A stretch of 64,000 nucleotides of DNA from Vicugna vicugna (Eukaryota), in NCBI GenBank assembly GCA_013265495.1, contig MU058781.1, positions 4,155,050 through 4,219,049 of the forward strand, written 5' to 3'. Made by a program: the position numbers and the translations under genes. The notes beneath the pieces are model-generated. The model was given only the letters and a program-made list of their open reading frames with translations. It searched no databases and was not told the DNA's origin. Positions 48,301 to 61,335 of the stretch are shown here, piece after piece. Every line of letters starts with the position of its first letter. Within the stretch, counting starts at the first letter, position 1.

Positions 48301-50742
48301 CTGTAGGGCCACTCTTACTCTGTCCTTGTGGATGAGGAAAGGAGTGCATCTCAGTTAAGAGACCCTTTGTGCCCCGGGAAACGGTTAGCCTCGCCTGCTT
48401 TTTGTTCTCCAGAGTGAATAATTCGCTTCTCTTAACATTTACTCATGAATGTCTTCTCAAAACATTTTTGTCCTCTTCGTCTCCTTCTGTGCTTAGAAAC
48501 TTGGGCCAATGTTTTTCAAGGCCCTTTCTAAAATACAATGATCTCATTTTGTTATATATTTCTGATTAGTACAACATGTCTTAGTAAACTCTAATTCAAC
48601 TTTAGAGTTGAATTAAAAATTCTATTAACTGTGGTCATTTGATACATAACTGTATTAATTTAATCTACATTACTGCCCCCATAGCTAATATTTTTTCTTG
48701 CTATAAAATCATAGCTGGAAAAGTGAAAAGATCTAACAAGCCTCCAGTTCTCAAACTTCTAACTACTAAAACTGAGAAATGCACAGAGTTCTGTAAAATT
48801 TCCAGACTTCATTGTTTTAGTGTATATTCTTTCCTTCTCTGCATTGTGTACTAGGAAAGCAAAATAAAACAAAAACACTGGACTTGAGCCCTGAATCTAA
48901 TACTTTTGTCTTCATGAACTTAGATGAGTCATTTAACCCCTCTGTGTCCCCGTTTCCTCATTTATGAAATAACAGGGTAGGATTATATCAAGTGGGTTTT
49001 CCAAAGTTTGGGGGATTTTTTTTTTTAAGGCATAGAAACTTTTCTTTAAAAGAAGCAGCATAATGCATACAATAGATAGAAGCGGAGCTCTCTGGTTGAA
49101 GCCGGAGACCTCAAGACCCACCCACTTAAAACCCCCACCCAACTTCCCATCACATTTTAACAATTTATAGTTTCATCTCCAAGCACAGCTTGGGCACGTG
49201 TGAGCGTTTACATTCATAGCACATGTCTGCGACAGGATATACGTGCACGTGTGTGACTTTGTGTTTCTATGAGTAGACAGAAGGAATCCAAATTTCCCTC
49301 AAGAACCTTCTATCCCAGACTAGGAATGAAGTCAAAGGTCACTAGCTCTTCTGGTCACAAGCCTGACACAGAATGGCAGTCCCATGCCCACCACCGCCAA
49401 GGATTTCTGGCACCCGCCCTCCTCAGGGGGACAGTAGATGGCCTCATTTGTGCTCTAGGAGATGCAACTGCCCTTCCCCCGCTGCTCCACCTGGCCCCAT
49501 TGCCTCTCCCACTGGACACCAGGACCCTGCTGGTGGCCATCACGGCCACTGCTCGCCCAGGCAAGGCTGTCCCTGCTGGCTGACGGCTCCATGCCACAGC
49601 TGTTCTGCGGAGCAGGTGGGGTGCCACAGCTGTTCCATCGCCAGCAGCGCCCCCAGGAGGCCATGCCACTGCTTGGCCTTCTCTCTGGGGCAGCAGCACC
49701 CCCTGTGCCACGAGCACTCACCCCATCGCCACCTCGCAGTATGGCGGGAAGGATGCCTCCAGCAGTTAAGAGACCGTGTCACTCAGGTCTCAAGATTTTT
49801 AAAATTTCAGGCAACACCTCTTTCAGTCTTTATTTACACCCTTCCCCCATTGCCATCTCTTCACAGGACTCAGACAGGTGGGTACTGAAGCAGGTGACAC
49901 ACCCACGTGACAGAGATCTCACTATTCTCAGAACGGCCCCCGCCCTAGAATGGTTAACGCTTTCTGGCTGAGTCAAAGTCACCGTGCCTGGCTTATTTCT
50001 CCCCTGATGCTCTCCCAGGAGGCTTCTCAGCCCCTGGGCAAGTTCTCCGTTCTCAGCTCTCTGGCTGGGCCCCGGCGTGCCTGAACCCCAGCTGACCCGG
50101 CCTGGGCCCCTTCTGACACTTTATACGCGTGTGGATGAATCAACGTGTGATCACAGAGTGAATCAAGAGCAGCTGGTCATGAGGGACCTGACGGCCGGGG
50201 ATTCGGATCCTCTCCCACAAGTTCTCATCCCAGGACGCGTGCGGAGATTCTCAGTGTCATCAGTGGATATTAACTACTTGAATCTTTAGCTGGATTCAAA
50301 CTGGGAACCTTGAGAACGGTCACGCTCTGCTTAGGAGGAGGCGGCTTCAGAGCTGGGTAGGAAAGTCTCCTTCACCAGCAATGACACGGCTTTGGTTTTT
50401 GGCAACTGGTTTCAGAAATAACACAAATAAAGCTTATGACTAGGAACTCTGTTTAGACCAGAATTTCCCAAAGAGTGGTGTGCACAGCTGCCTGTGCTAT
50501 GAGATTCTCTGGAAATAAACAAACGTATGACCAGGTCTGGGCAAGACGCATCCTATGTCTTCACCCGATATACTTTGGCATACTCCAGATAGAGAAATAC
50601 TGAGTAAAGAAACTTCTAACTTTTTATAACTCACAGTGTTTTTAAATTTACAATGGACCTGTTTTTTTTTTTTTAAATCTAATGCATCAATGTCTCTAGA
50701 GTAATGTTTTCTGGAGTGCATTTTGAGAAAGTTAGCTTACAA

Positions 50743-51069
50743 CAGGAGTCAGAAAACTTCTTCCAGACAAAAATCAACTAGTCAAAGCTTCCAGCGTTGC
50801 AGCCACACGATTGTGGCAATCACTCTGCAGGAAAGCAGCCGTAGACAACACGTGAACCAGTGAGCGTGGCTGTGTGCCAATACAACTTTGGTTATGGACA
50901 CTGAAGTTTAAATTTCACATTATTTTCATGTGTCAGAAAATATTATTTTTCTTTTGGGTTTTTCCAACCACTTAAAAATGAAGGAAAAAAAAACTGCTTA
51001 GCTTGAGGGCTGTACACAAACAGGTGGTGAGCTGAGTCTGAGCTGCAGGTTGTAGGTCCCCGATCCCTG
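50743..51069. mobile_element. MER58B-like hAT-Charlie MITE
   Basis: cagg...cctg termini, 'gaaagcagccgtagacaa...gcgtggctgtgtgccaata...tatggacactgaa...aatttca...attttcatgtgtca'. Confidence 0.85.
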
Positions 51070-52753
51070 ATTAGAAGCAGAATTAGGCAGTAAAGGAACT
51101 GAATGCCTCTGCAGATACCAAGCCCAGAGATCACAGAGAAGAAACCCTGTCTGTCTATCCCCCATTCAATCTCCAGAGCTCAGTTGGCTGCCTAGGACTG
51201 TGCCAAACTATATAGTACATCTCATCAATATTTATTGAATGAAGCGATAACCACCCATTTCATTTACCTGTCGTAGCAAGGGCAGAATTTAGTTTGTACT
51301 GGTCCTGATCACTGGATATGTCAGTGTAAGTGGCAGATAGAAACCCATGTCTCCGATGTGTCCAATGCCAACAAGAATTTCACACTTTTTTGAATAGTCT
51401 TTGATTGTAGGTGAAGACAGTTGCACCCACCTGGGGGACAAATTCAGGCCAATAATGACCCGACTGACTAGCTAGAGTGAAAGCAAATGCATTATACAAG
51501 TGGCCTTGTCCTTAAAAGGCAGGAATCTTGAGTCAGTGGCACCATCTGGATCAGAACTAGATACTTCTTCTACTCACAGCTGCCTTTTCACTTGGTTCCC
51601 AGGAAGGCTCTGTTTTGGTGTCCCCATGACATCCGTTTGTCTCTAACAGTCTCACCCAGGTTCATTGCAACAAGTCCGCTTTCTGGGCTTCCTCTCAAGT
51701 TGGTGTCTTTCTGGGACTGTCTCGGTTTGGAAGTTTCCACTGGTAATATGGAGTCACTGGAGACAAACTTTCTGCCTGGCTGTGGACCCACCTCCTCACT
51801 GACACCCTCCTTAACAACCCCGGGTCTGTGCAGTCCTCCTTCCTCTGAACATCTGGATTCCTTCATTCATCCATTCATTCAATGGATACTTACTGCATAC
51901 CCACCCACTGCTCTAGGCTCGTGGGGGAAAAAACACTTCCCTTCAAAGAGTTCACAATTTAATGGAAGAGCCAGATACAAACAGACAATGAGAACAACTT
52001 CCCTAACACTGAGAACCTCTCCACCAGCTCTTGAACACACACAGCCCGGTACCTTCAGGTTCCTTTCCCGAAACTAATGCTACGGCTTCCGACCGGTTAT
52101 GGATTCTTGAGGGCACACACCGTGCCCTTTGTCTTTTCCACCTCTGAAGTGCCTAACACAGTGACCACTTACATAGGAGACTCTCATCAAGTGTCTGCAG
52201 ACTTTACGTTACGGTTTTGACACTGGATGCTTTGTTCCTTCATGATGTACATTCACCCAGACATGTGTGCTGTTGGTGACCAGTGGGCCGGACGGTGGGG
52301 GGTAGGGCAGGAGGCACCAGTGGTGCGGGGAGGTAGCAGGGTGGCGGCACACAGGAGAGGATGAGGAAGGGGTCTGCTCATCCTCCTCCTCAGGACATAG
52401 GCCCATGTGTCTGGTGAACCCTTGGACCTCAAAGAATCCACTTTCTAGGTATACCCCCATCCCAGGAGGAGGACCCCTTCAGACCAGATCCTGTTAAGGG
52501 GGAGGTTACACTTCAGTTTCTATAGGAATTTTCAAAACAGCAGAGTAGCTTGAGTGAAGAGGCTGAGCCAAGCAGTGAGGTGGGACCTCAGACAGCAGCG
52601 GCCCTGCTTAACCCCTGCTCTCATGCCTGTCAACCACATGACAACCTGACCACACAGTCAACGTAGGCACAGCCGGGACTCATGCCTCGGTTTCACAGGG
52701 AGACGTGGTGGGGTCTGATGGTAAGGCTTTGGAATTAAGAATACATTGGTTTA

Positions 52754-53293
52754 ATAGCCAAGACGTGGAAGCAACCTAAATGTCCATCGCAAGGTGATTG
52801 GATAAAGACAATGTGTGTGTGTGTAATGGACTATTACCCAGCCATAAAAAATAATGAAATAATGCCATTTGCTGCAATATAGATGGCTCTAGAGATTATC
52901 ATACTAAGTGAAGTAAGTCCGATAAAGGCAAATATATATCACTTATATGTGGAATCTAAAAAAAAATGACACACAGAAACTTATTTACAAAACAGAAAGA
53001 GACTCATAAACATAGAAAATATACTATGGAAACCAAAGGGGAAAGGAAGGGGGAAGGATAAATTGGCGGTTTGGGATTAGCAGACACAAACTACTATATA
53101 CAGAATAGATAAACAACACGATCTTACTGTATGACATAGGGAACTATATTCAGTAACTTGTAATAGCCTATAATAAAAAAGAATCTGAAAAAGAATATTG
53201 TATATATATATGTATGTAACTGAATCACTATGCCGTATACCAGAAACTAACACAACATTGTAAACCAACTATCTTTCAATTAAAAAAGAAAAG
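52754..53293 (+). mobile_element. Young 5'-truncated L1, inserted into a MIR
   Basis: 'atagccaagacgtggaagcaacctaaatgtccatc...aactgaatcactatg...cagaaactaacacaacattgtaaa' with an A tail. Perfect 15-bp TSD gaatacattggttta (52739-52753 and 53294-53308). The MIR continues at 53310-53440. Confidence 0.97.
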
Positions 53294-55554
53294 GAATACA
53301 TTGGTTTAGTGTCTTTCTCTCTGTTGTCTGGGACAAATGATTTTATCCCTCTGAGCCTTAGTTTTTGTATCTGTAAAACGAGGAAAACAATCTTTTCCTT
53401 TCTGTTGTGAGGACTGCAGGAGAGAATGTTTGCAAAGACCCGGACACCAGCAAGCGTGTCACAAATGGCAGCTGGTTGTGACCTTGCTCCCACAGGGGCG
53501 TCTGCTGTGCCACGTTCACGCCTGTCTGCTGCAGGTCGTGGGCCTCCCACCCCTGGGGTGCGCTCGGGGTTCTGCACAGTGAACCGACTTGGTTTGCAGT
53601 GGTCACCCCCTCGGGCTTTTAGTTTTGACTTTCCCTAGATCTCCTAAGTGCCTTACCATTCCCCCATCTGTTTCTCATCTCCATATATTGTGGCTCCGGA
53701 TTACAGATGTCTCCTGCTCTTAAAGAATACGGGGCTTGTGTTTCTGTTTCTCCTTCTCTCTGTTGTTGGGGAGCGATTCTCGAAAAGAGGAGGAGGGCAG
53801 ACACGTCTCTGCACTGTCGTCTAAAAGCCTGGTTATCTCTTCAGATAGATCGAAAAGCACAACGCGTAATAGGACATCTTAGAAATCCAAAGCAAAACCA
53901 GATCTTTCCCCTCCCTCCTCCTCCTCCTCCTCCCCTATTCCCTCAAATATAATAAAGCGCACAATAGCTGGCTTATTCAGTTTCCCTGCCATCAGCACAT
54001 TCCTCCTGCCTGTCCCACAGGCCCCGCTCACAGATGAAGCAGTCAAGGCTGGAGCTTGACTGACTTGTCGGAAGGGGGATGTAATCGGAGGGAGGAGAAC
54101 ATTACAACGAACCAGCTGCTCTTCGGAGGTTGATTTCCATTTTGGAAAATAGCAGAAGCAATTACCGTGGCTCATTAGAAGGCCTAACACACTGGCTGCA
54201 AAACTATATTTGGAAAACCGTATTCACTTCGCTCTGAAGTGGTGAGAGGGTGTGAGAGGGTGGAAGGGAGAGGGAAAGACAGACCAGGGCTGGTCTCTGA
54301 TTAGACCTGAATCTGCAAACAGGTGATTGGAATTGAATTCTGCGAGGACGGAGGCAGGAAGGGAGCTGGGACACCAGGCCAGTGTGGACCTGTATCTTGA
54401 TGCTCTGAACCTTGGGAAACTCCAGCCCTTTAGCAAGCTGAGCTTGCCCGTGTAGGGCCCCTTCTGCCAAGTGGGACGTGGGTACAGATAGAGTCTTTCA
54501 TGTGTCCTGCTGAGGAAGGCCAGCTGCCACCTCAGATGTCCAGGGAACAGGGCAGGTTTCTGTGGTCTCCTCTGACTTGGCCGTTCAGTTACATCAGGGC
54601 TCATGGGCCTTTGGAACAAGTTTCCATTCTTATCTTTCTGCAGCTCTCTGTCTGGGAAGTGTCGCCACCATAGGCGACTGGCTCCCATCTTGTGTTTCCT
54701 CATAACTAAAGGAAGCATTCTCGGATGGGAAGGACATACTTCGGGCAATAAAGGGCTGGTTCAGGAAGTTTGTGGGGCGGGACTCCCCCAGATAGAACTT
54801 GAAGAAACTCACCTCCGCTCCCTTCGGTTGGCTGTCATCCTTTGGAGCCCTTCATCCCAGAGACACTTCTTATATAAACTGTGTGATGAGGCTCTTTAAT
54901 TTGTGCTTAAACAACCCTCAGTGTTGGTATGGTTCTTTATATTTTACAAAGTTCTCTATTTGTATTTCACCAGAGCTGTCAAGAGCTGTTTACTGCCTAA
55001 AAAAAGGGTGTGTGTATGAGATGGTGGGGGAGTGGAAATGGTCCTTATATAGCATTTGTGTTGATAAGCAACAGACAGGATCCAGCCCCCTTGGGATTCC
55101 GCAGTCTTGGTAATTTGTATTAGCTTCCCCTGCCCTGTCAATGACCCCTGGCTTTCTCATAAAATATCTCATTTAAAACCCAGGTAACGTATTAGTGTTT
55201 CTATTTTATAGAGGAATAAAATGAAGTTCAAGAAGTTTTTATGACTTGCCCAGGGCCACCCATCTGCATAACAACATGACTGAGACATGAACTCAGGTTG
55301 CTCTCGTGTCATTTCCTCTCGACCAGAGAGCATTAGTCAGAAATGTGCCATCCTTAACACAACACCTGAGTGGCAATAACTGAAACACACAGGATTTATT
55401 TATCTCAAGCCTGGGGAACTTGCCCCCAAGGAAGCAGGCTTTGGTCTTCCTGGTCTACCAGCCTTATTTAGCACATGTCATCTGTCCCTCATACTCAAGA
55501 TGACTGCTATTCCTCAAGGCAACATAGTGTCCCTCTAGGAAGAAGAAAGAGGGA

Positions 55555-55990
55555 CATTTCTAGGGCTGCTGTAACAAACTGCCTAAACTGGATGGCTTAA
55601 AATAAGGGATTTATTTTCTCACAGTTCTGGAGGCTGCAAGTCCAAAATCAAGGTGTGAGCAGGGCCACCCTCCCTCTGAAAGAGAGAGGAATCCTTTGCT
55701 TCTCCCAGCTTCTGACATTGCCAGCAATCCTTGGCTTTCCTTGGCTTGTACATACATCACGCCAGTCTCTGCCTCCATCTTCAAATGGCCTTCTCACCTG
55801 TGTGTCTGCACCTCTGTGTCCAAGTTTCCATCTTCTTATAAGGACATGAGTCATGTTAAATCTAGGGCCCATCTTAATTCAGTAGAACCTCATCTTAACT
55901 TGATTACACCTGCAAAGACCCTATTTCCAAATAAGGCCATATTTACAGGTAGACATGAATTATTTGGAGATACCGTTTAACCCAATACAA
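55555..55990 (-). mobile_element. MaLR solo LTR (MLT1C-like), nested in an older MLT1J/K-like LTR (~55330-56070)
   Basis: 'agggctgctgtaacaaa...ctcacagttctggaggct...aagtccaaaatcaaggtgt...cctcatcttaacttgattaca...tgcaaagaccctatttccaaataagg'. Confidence 0.9.
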
Positions 55991-56859
55991 AAGGGCAGAG
56001 ACAATATCAGCAGACTTCTCCTGTGTTCCATGGCCACCTTAGCTGCAAGGGAGCCTGGAAAATCATGCAGAGGTAGGCGAGGGAGGAGGAGATTGGAAAA
56101 GGGGTTGGGTAAGTCTGATACACACAGCTATCGTTTAATTGGCTTCTTTGTTTCAGATGCAAGGGAACTAGCATCTTTGGATTATACAGTAGTCTTGGCA
56201 CTTAGTAGGTTCTTTACATACATTATTTTATTTAATATTGTAGATCCTTTCCATGTGGCTCCCCTATTGGGTTATCAGCTCAGTGAAGGCAGGACTGTAT
56301 CTTCTATGTCGTTTATACACCTTACAAGTTAGAGCTCAGTACACACGATGTTGGATAAATTGCTACCCAGTGTTCCTCACTTCCTGCTAGTCCATTTTTT
56401 CCCCAGGGGCCTCCTGATGTCAGCCATGGACACTGGCCCATGCTCAATGTCATCTTCCTCCTCCTCCTCCTTTCTCACCTTTGTTTGTGCTTGTTGTTGG
56501 AAATAAGGAAGGGAATAAGCAGCAGTTATAGTGCATAAGTCATTCAGTGAGCTGCTGTCCTGTGATGCAGAAGAATAAATTTCTTTCTAGGTTTTCCTAC
56601 CTCAGAAGTACTGTGAATAAGAAAGACTACAGAATAAAGGATCATTATTTTAAGAAGCCAAATTCTAGTTCTGAAACGGAATCTAGAGTTATGTGCTCTG
56701 TTCTCTATAATCACAACAGTTCCGTTACCAGGTTTTAGAACCACTCTAACTTGTCTTACTCAATTCTTACCAGTGTTTCTGAAGGAAAAGGAGAAGGATA
56801 TTAGACTCAAGATTCAATATCTAGATATCACATCTGGGAAGATAAATGCATAGCTAGGA

Positions 56860-57490
56860 AGTTCTGAGTGTCTGCCATGCTCACTCCCCGCTTTGTACCG
56901 GGAATGCCACCTCCCTGAGCATAGCTGATTGGACCAAGGATGAGGACCTGGTCCAAAGGCAGTCCTCAGTGGCAGTGACTATGGTCCACAGACAAACAAC
57001 AGAATTATCTGGGAAGACTTTTCAAAATACCAGATGTCCAATTCAATGTCGGACGGAAATTCTGATTAATTACTTATCAGTGGGTCCCCGGAAGTGTATC
57101 TTGAAAAAGCTGTATGGTTGGTTCTGATGTGCTCCCCTGGTAAGGAACCCCTGTGTGCTGGTTTCAAGGCAGTTTTCCCCCAAAGGGGTGCCCTAGACTG
57201 AATAATGATTAGGCAAATCAATCAAACCCTTTCTGGAGGAGTTTGACCTCAGAATTCACAGAGACTTGGTGATGCTGAAGAGTCCAGAACAAGGAAAGCG
57301 GTGAGCCAGGGAGGCTGTCTCACTGAGATGGCAGTGCCCTGGGGCAGAGAGCGAGGCATGCTTGGTCTGAGCAGAAGTGAGCAGAGAGTTCCCCGAGCCC
57401 CTCCTTGCTTGGCTGTCCCTTCTCAATGCCCACTCACCGAGGCAACCCCAGGATGTCTCTCTTGTGGGCAAACCAAAAGAGCTCAACAGA
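56860..57490 (+). mobile_element. Old MaLR LTR (MLT1K/L-like) with a MER5-like insertion (~57000-57155)
   Basis: 'tgattggaccaaggatgaggacctggtccaa' and terminal 'gcaaaccaaaagagc'. The insert reads 'agaattatctggg...aaaataccagatgtcc...attctgattaatt'. Confidence 0.5.
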
Positions 57491-60214
57491 GAAAAAGAGC
57501 TGGATAGATTCACTGAATCCTCCTCCAGTATTTATTTTATCATGAGAATATAAATAAGGTGAAGAACATACATACTCCCCACTCGGGAAGAAGTGGCGAG
57601 TAAGACAGACAGGGGCCCTGCTTGCATAGAGCTTGCGTCCTAGTTGGTGAATCAAACGACTGTGAAGAAATCACCAAGACGGTTTCAGATGAGGGTGAGT
57701 GCTGTGTTGGAGAAGGATGGGGCGGGCAAGACTTCAGATAGGCTGGTCAGGGAAGATGTCAATTATTATTGGCAGCCCTTCATTCTTTTCATCACTAGAG
57801 GCCAGTTTCTTTCCTACCAGAAGAGGTAGCAGGACTGCAGCAAAGGGTGGAGGGCCAGGCACGTTTTGTAAATTACAACGGACTCCTTGGTGCAGAAGCA
57901 TCCCGGCGCTGCCATCTGACAGCTGTCTCACTCTCCATCCTCCCCAGAGACTGCAGGGGAAGGGAGTGAGCGAAGAGGGAGGGGGCTTCGAGGGTGGGAA
58001 GGTGATCCTCTCCAAATCAATTAGGAATGAATGTAAGACTTGCTTCCAAATTAAAATAGCCGTCTCCTGAAGGCAGCTTTCCTTAGAGTCACCCTTAGAT
58101 GTGCATGACCTTCAGCTGTTTAATACTTCTTTCCCCTTCTCCCTCTCTGTCTGCCTGGGTTTCTCTCCTCCCTCCACCGCGCCTCCTCCCCCAATTCCTT
58201 CTCCTTTCCTCTCTCCCTCACACCATGTTACCATTATTGTCAGTAGAACGAGCTGCATGCATGCCAAATCAGGTCATTCACAAATATAGAACAAACGTCT
58301 GTCACTACAGATTTACCACGATGACTAAAGCATGGCCCTTCTGTCTGTGGAAAGTGTGCCCATTCGTTATGTGGGATCACAGCCCGCATAGCCTCTTAAC
58401 CCTCTACCTTAGCTTAACCGACAGAAGCATTCTTCCAACACACATCCGTTTGGGTGTCTTTGAATGATTTATTGTGGTGGCTTGTCTATAGCCGAGACAA
58501 AGTCAGCCTTTCCATTTAACCCCCCACCCCACCTCCAGCGCTCATCTAAAGCCATTTTCTGGACTTTAGGGCTTAACTGTAAATATTTGTTCTGGCTGAA
58601 ATCAGCTAGAGGATCTTTACTTAAAATGAGATAAGTAACCACATTCTGTTAGAGAAAATGAGCATGAACTGAGACAACTTGTCAAGAAAAAGGGCTAACT
58701 AAACTTTAAACTCTATTTACATCATTTAGAATTCTCTTTTGGATGTTTTAAATTTATCATGTACTCTTTACCTTGTAAAACTCAGATCAATTCTCCTTCC
58801 AATCCGATACTAAAATATACATGATGACAACCAAGAGAAAGAAAAAGTGCGAAGAAAAAAGAGTGATTTAAAAAAAAAGGCTAAAATGAATCTTTGAAAG
58901 ACCTGTTTATCTTTAAAGTAGTCTTGTTTTCAAATGGTTTGGTCTATGTTAAAGTGTAAGTCCCCCCTGAGTGTTTCAGATAACTAAAGCAAAGCCATGA
59001 GATACATACGTCTGAATGAGAAAATTGGTAATGAAAAACATAGTTCAATACTGAACACACAAATTCCAAAATGCTGGCATCTTTCTCTGCTTTAATTTCT
59101 GCAGAACAGTCCAGAGAAATTTTTAAAGACTGCCAAGACCCAATAAGAAAAACAAATAAAAGCACAAACTTCCCTCCATGTAACTTGCTTCTATTTTGAT
59201 CATTAGGCTAGGTCTATTTTCATAGTTGAAAATTTTTATTATTATTTTTAAAATAAAGTCCACAGAAACCACAAATGTTCAAATGAGAAAATCAGACTTG
59301 CTGTAACCGCCCCAAATAACTCTATTACCCAATTGACCCCGGTTGTAAAAGCCTTTGCCAGTTCATTATTACGCCATCATTATTGTTATCACCATTGCTA
59401 TTATTTTGTTCTTTTCTTTGATCGTTAGTTTTCTGTTTCAACCATCATACATGGTTGGAATAGAAATTCATTACCATGTGATGGCTGTTGGGCTGCCCAT
59501 GGGAAATGACTTGATAGTCTTGCAAACACTGAATCATGCAGGAAATTAACACTCATTTCCATGCACGTTTGCTTGCATGTTGATGACCTGGAAACACATG
59601 CTTGCACTCCATATTTTTCCTTGTTGCTCTTGATTTGTTTCTTCTCTGGTAAGAATAGAACAATATGGGCATCCTCCAGGGGACAAAACAACACCTAACT
59701 CTGCAGCACAGAAGGGCGAGAGGAGCAGATGGATGCAAACTAGAGAAGACCAGCAGAGCATGCGCAGAGAGGACGTGCGGCTCCCTGGCACCACACCTGG
59801 GCACCGCCAACCGTCTTGGCAGTCAGGCTGCCTGGGGAACGGGAAGGCGTGGGCCAGGAGGACAGTAGGATCCAACAACGGCTCACAGAACACTCCCCTG
59901 AGAGATGTTCTAGGCAGTTTGCTCCTGGGGCCGTGGGGCTTAGAAGCTCAGTCCCTGCCTCGCCCACCCCACACCGGAGAGGTGGAATGGATGGACATGG
60001 ATGCCATTTCTTCACTTCATCAGATACCTCCTGGCTTGTTATCATCTTTCTTCCCTTAGTGGGCAATCAGACCCACTAAAATAGTCCTTTATTCACTAAA
60101 CATCGAGTCTTTAGAGTGAGTCCAGTGACAACGATCTTGTAAGATGAGTGGGCCTTTGGCAAGTTATGAACACTTCTTCCGCGGTGCCGTCCCTCAGAAC
60201 TGTCTGCAGTGGAG

Positions 60215-60355
60215 GGAACGTCCTCCATCTGCTGTCCTGTCTAGTAGCCACTCGTTGAGAGGTGGCCATGGAGCACTTGGAATGGACTAGTCTAACTAAG
60301 GAGCTACATTCTTACTTTTCTATGATCTTAATTCATTTAAAATTAAATGTAAATT
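60215..60355. mobile_element. MER3-like hAT-Charlie fragment
   Basis: 'gtagccact...gtggccatggagcacttggaatggactagt...actaaggagct...ttaattcatttaaaattaaat'. Confidence 0.7.
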
Positions 60356-61304
60356 CAATTCAACTTACAATCTCCATAATAAGAGTTTCTTTTTCTTTCT
60401 TTCCTTTTAATGACCCTGAGTACTCAGGGAAATGTGTCCTAGAAGTCCATCAACTCTTGCTTCTTTCATTCTGGTTGAATCCCGGGTGGCTAGCGGCCGC
60501 CTGCGGGACAGCACGGACCTGAAGCACAACTCTTAGAGATGGCAGCAGCCCTCCTGGCTATTCCTGGGTCAGCCCCCAGCAATGCGCATGTCAAAAAGCC
60601 TCAACTTATCTGTAAAAGTCCTTGGTGCTTTTATTCGTCTTATTATAAATCAGGATTCAAGCCAGCGCTATCACACCCAAGTGTACGAGTACTGTCTATA
60701 ATCTGATGACACACAAATCGACTTTCAACCCCTGAGCTGACCTTCTTGGTTCATATAACACTTTATCTACCTTGGCAGTGGGCCAAAGCCTCACCCAGCA
60801 CATATTGAATCAGAAGCTCTAAAGGGCCGGCAATGCTTAAAATTTACAATTTTAATAAGCTTCCCCAGAGATTGTTATGCACACAGTCCAACACTGATTA
60901 TGACCACCTCTGCCCTGCATTTCACACTGGAGGTATCGCCACCAATTCAGGCTGAATATGATGAAGATCAAACCCTTCATCTCCTCCTCCTGACGTCTGC
61001 CCTGTTCCCTTTGTCCAAGCCCGGGTGGTCAGGCCATGATGTCCATGACCTAACTGGTTGTCAGTCCTTGTCATCAGATACCTCCTGGCTCTTTGATTCA
61101 ACTGTACCAGCTGTAGAATGGCTGCTACATAGGGAGCACTCAACCGATGTTTAATCACTGTGCCTTTTGTTTCTCATGTCTGATTAGCTGTGAGGCAAGG
61201 CCTTTCCCCTACATCCTGTCTCCTGTGTCCATTTCATTCTTTCTTTCTCTAACTGCCACTAAGTTAGTTGCTAATTTAATCATCTTCATCCTGTAATACT
61301 GCAT

Positions 61305-61335
61305 CCATCATCATCATCACCATCATCATCATCAC
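61305..61335. repeat. (CAT)n trinucleotide repeat
   Basis: ccatcatcatcatcaccatcatcatcatcac. Confidence 0.9.

Noticed and set aside
49540..49720. Repeat-spacer appearance suggestive of a CRISPR-like array
   Set aside because: Repeats are short and degenerate, spacing is irregular, there are no cas-like ORFs, and the context is mammalian. Kept only as a degenerate repeat.
54224..54748. 174-aa minus-strand ORF (also 51592-52077 and 24428-24883)
   Set aside because: No recognisable protein family. The 51592 and 24428 ORFs run into L2- or MIR-like sequence at their 3' ends.
61305..61335. Poly-histidine coding tract
   Set aside because: The His frame is closed by TGA immediately after, and a MIR-like sequence follows. 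It is a simple (CAT)n repeat.
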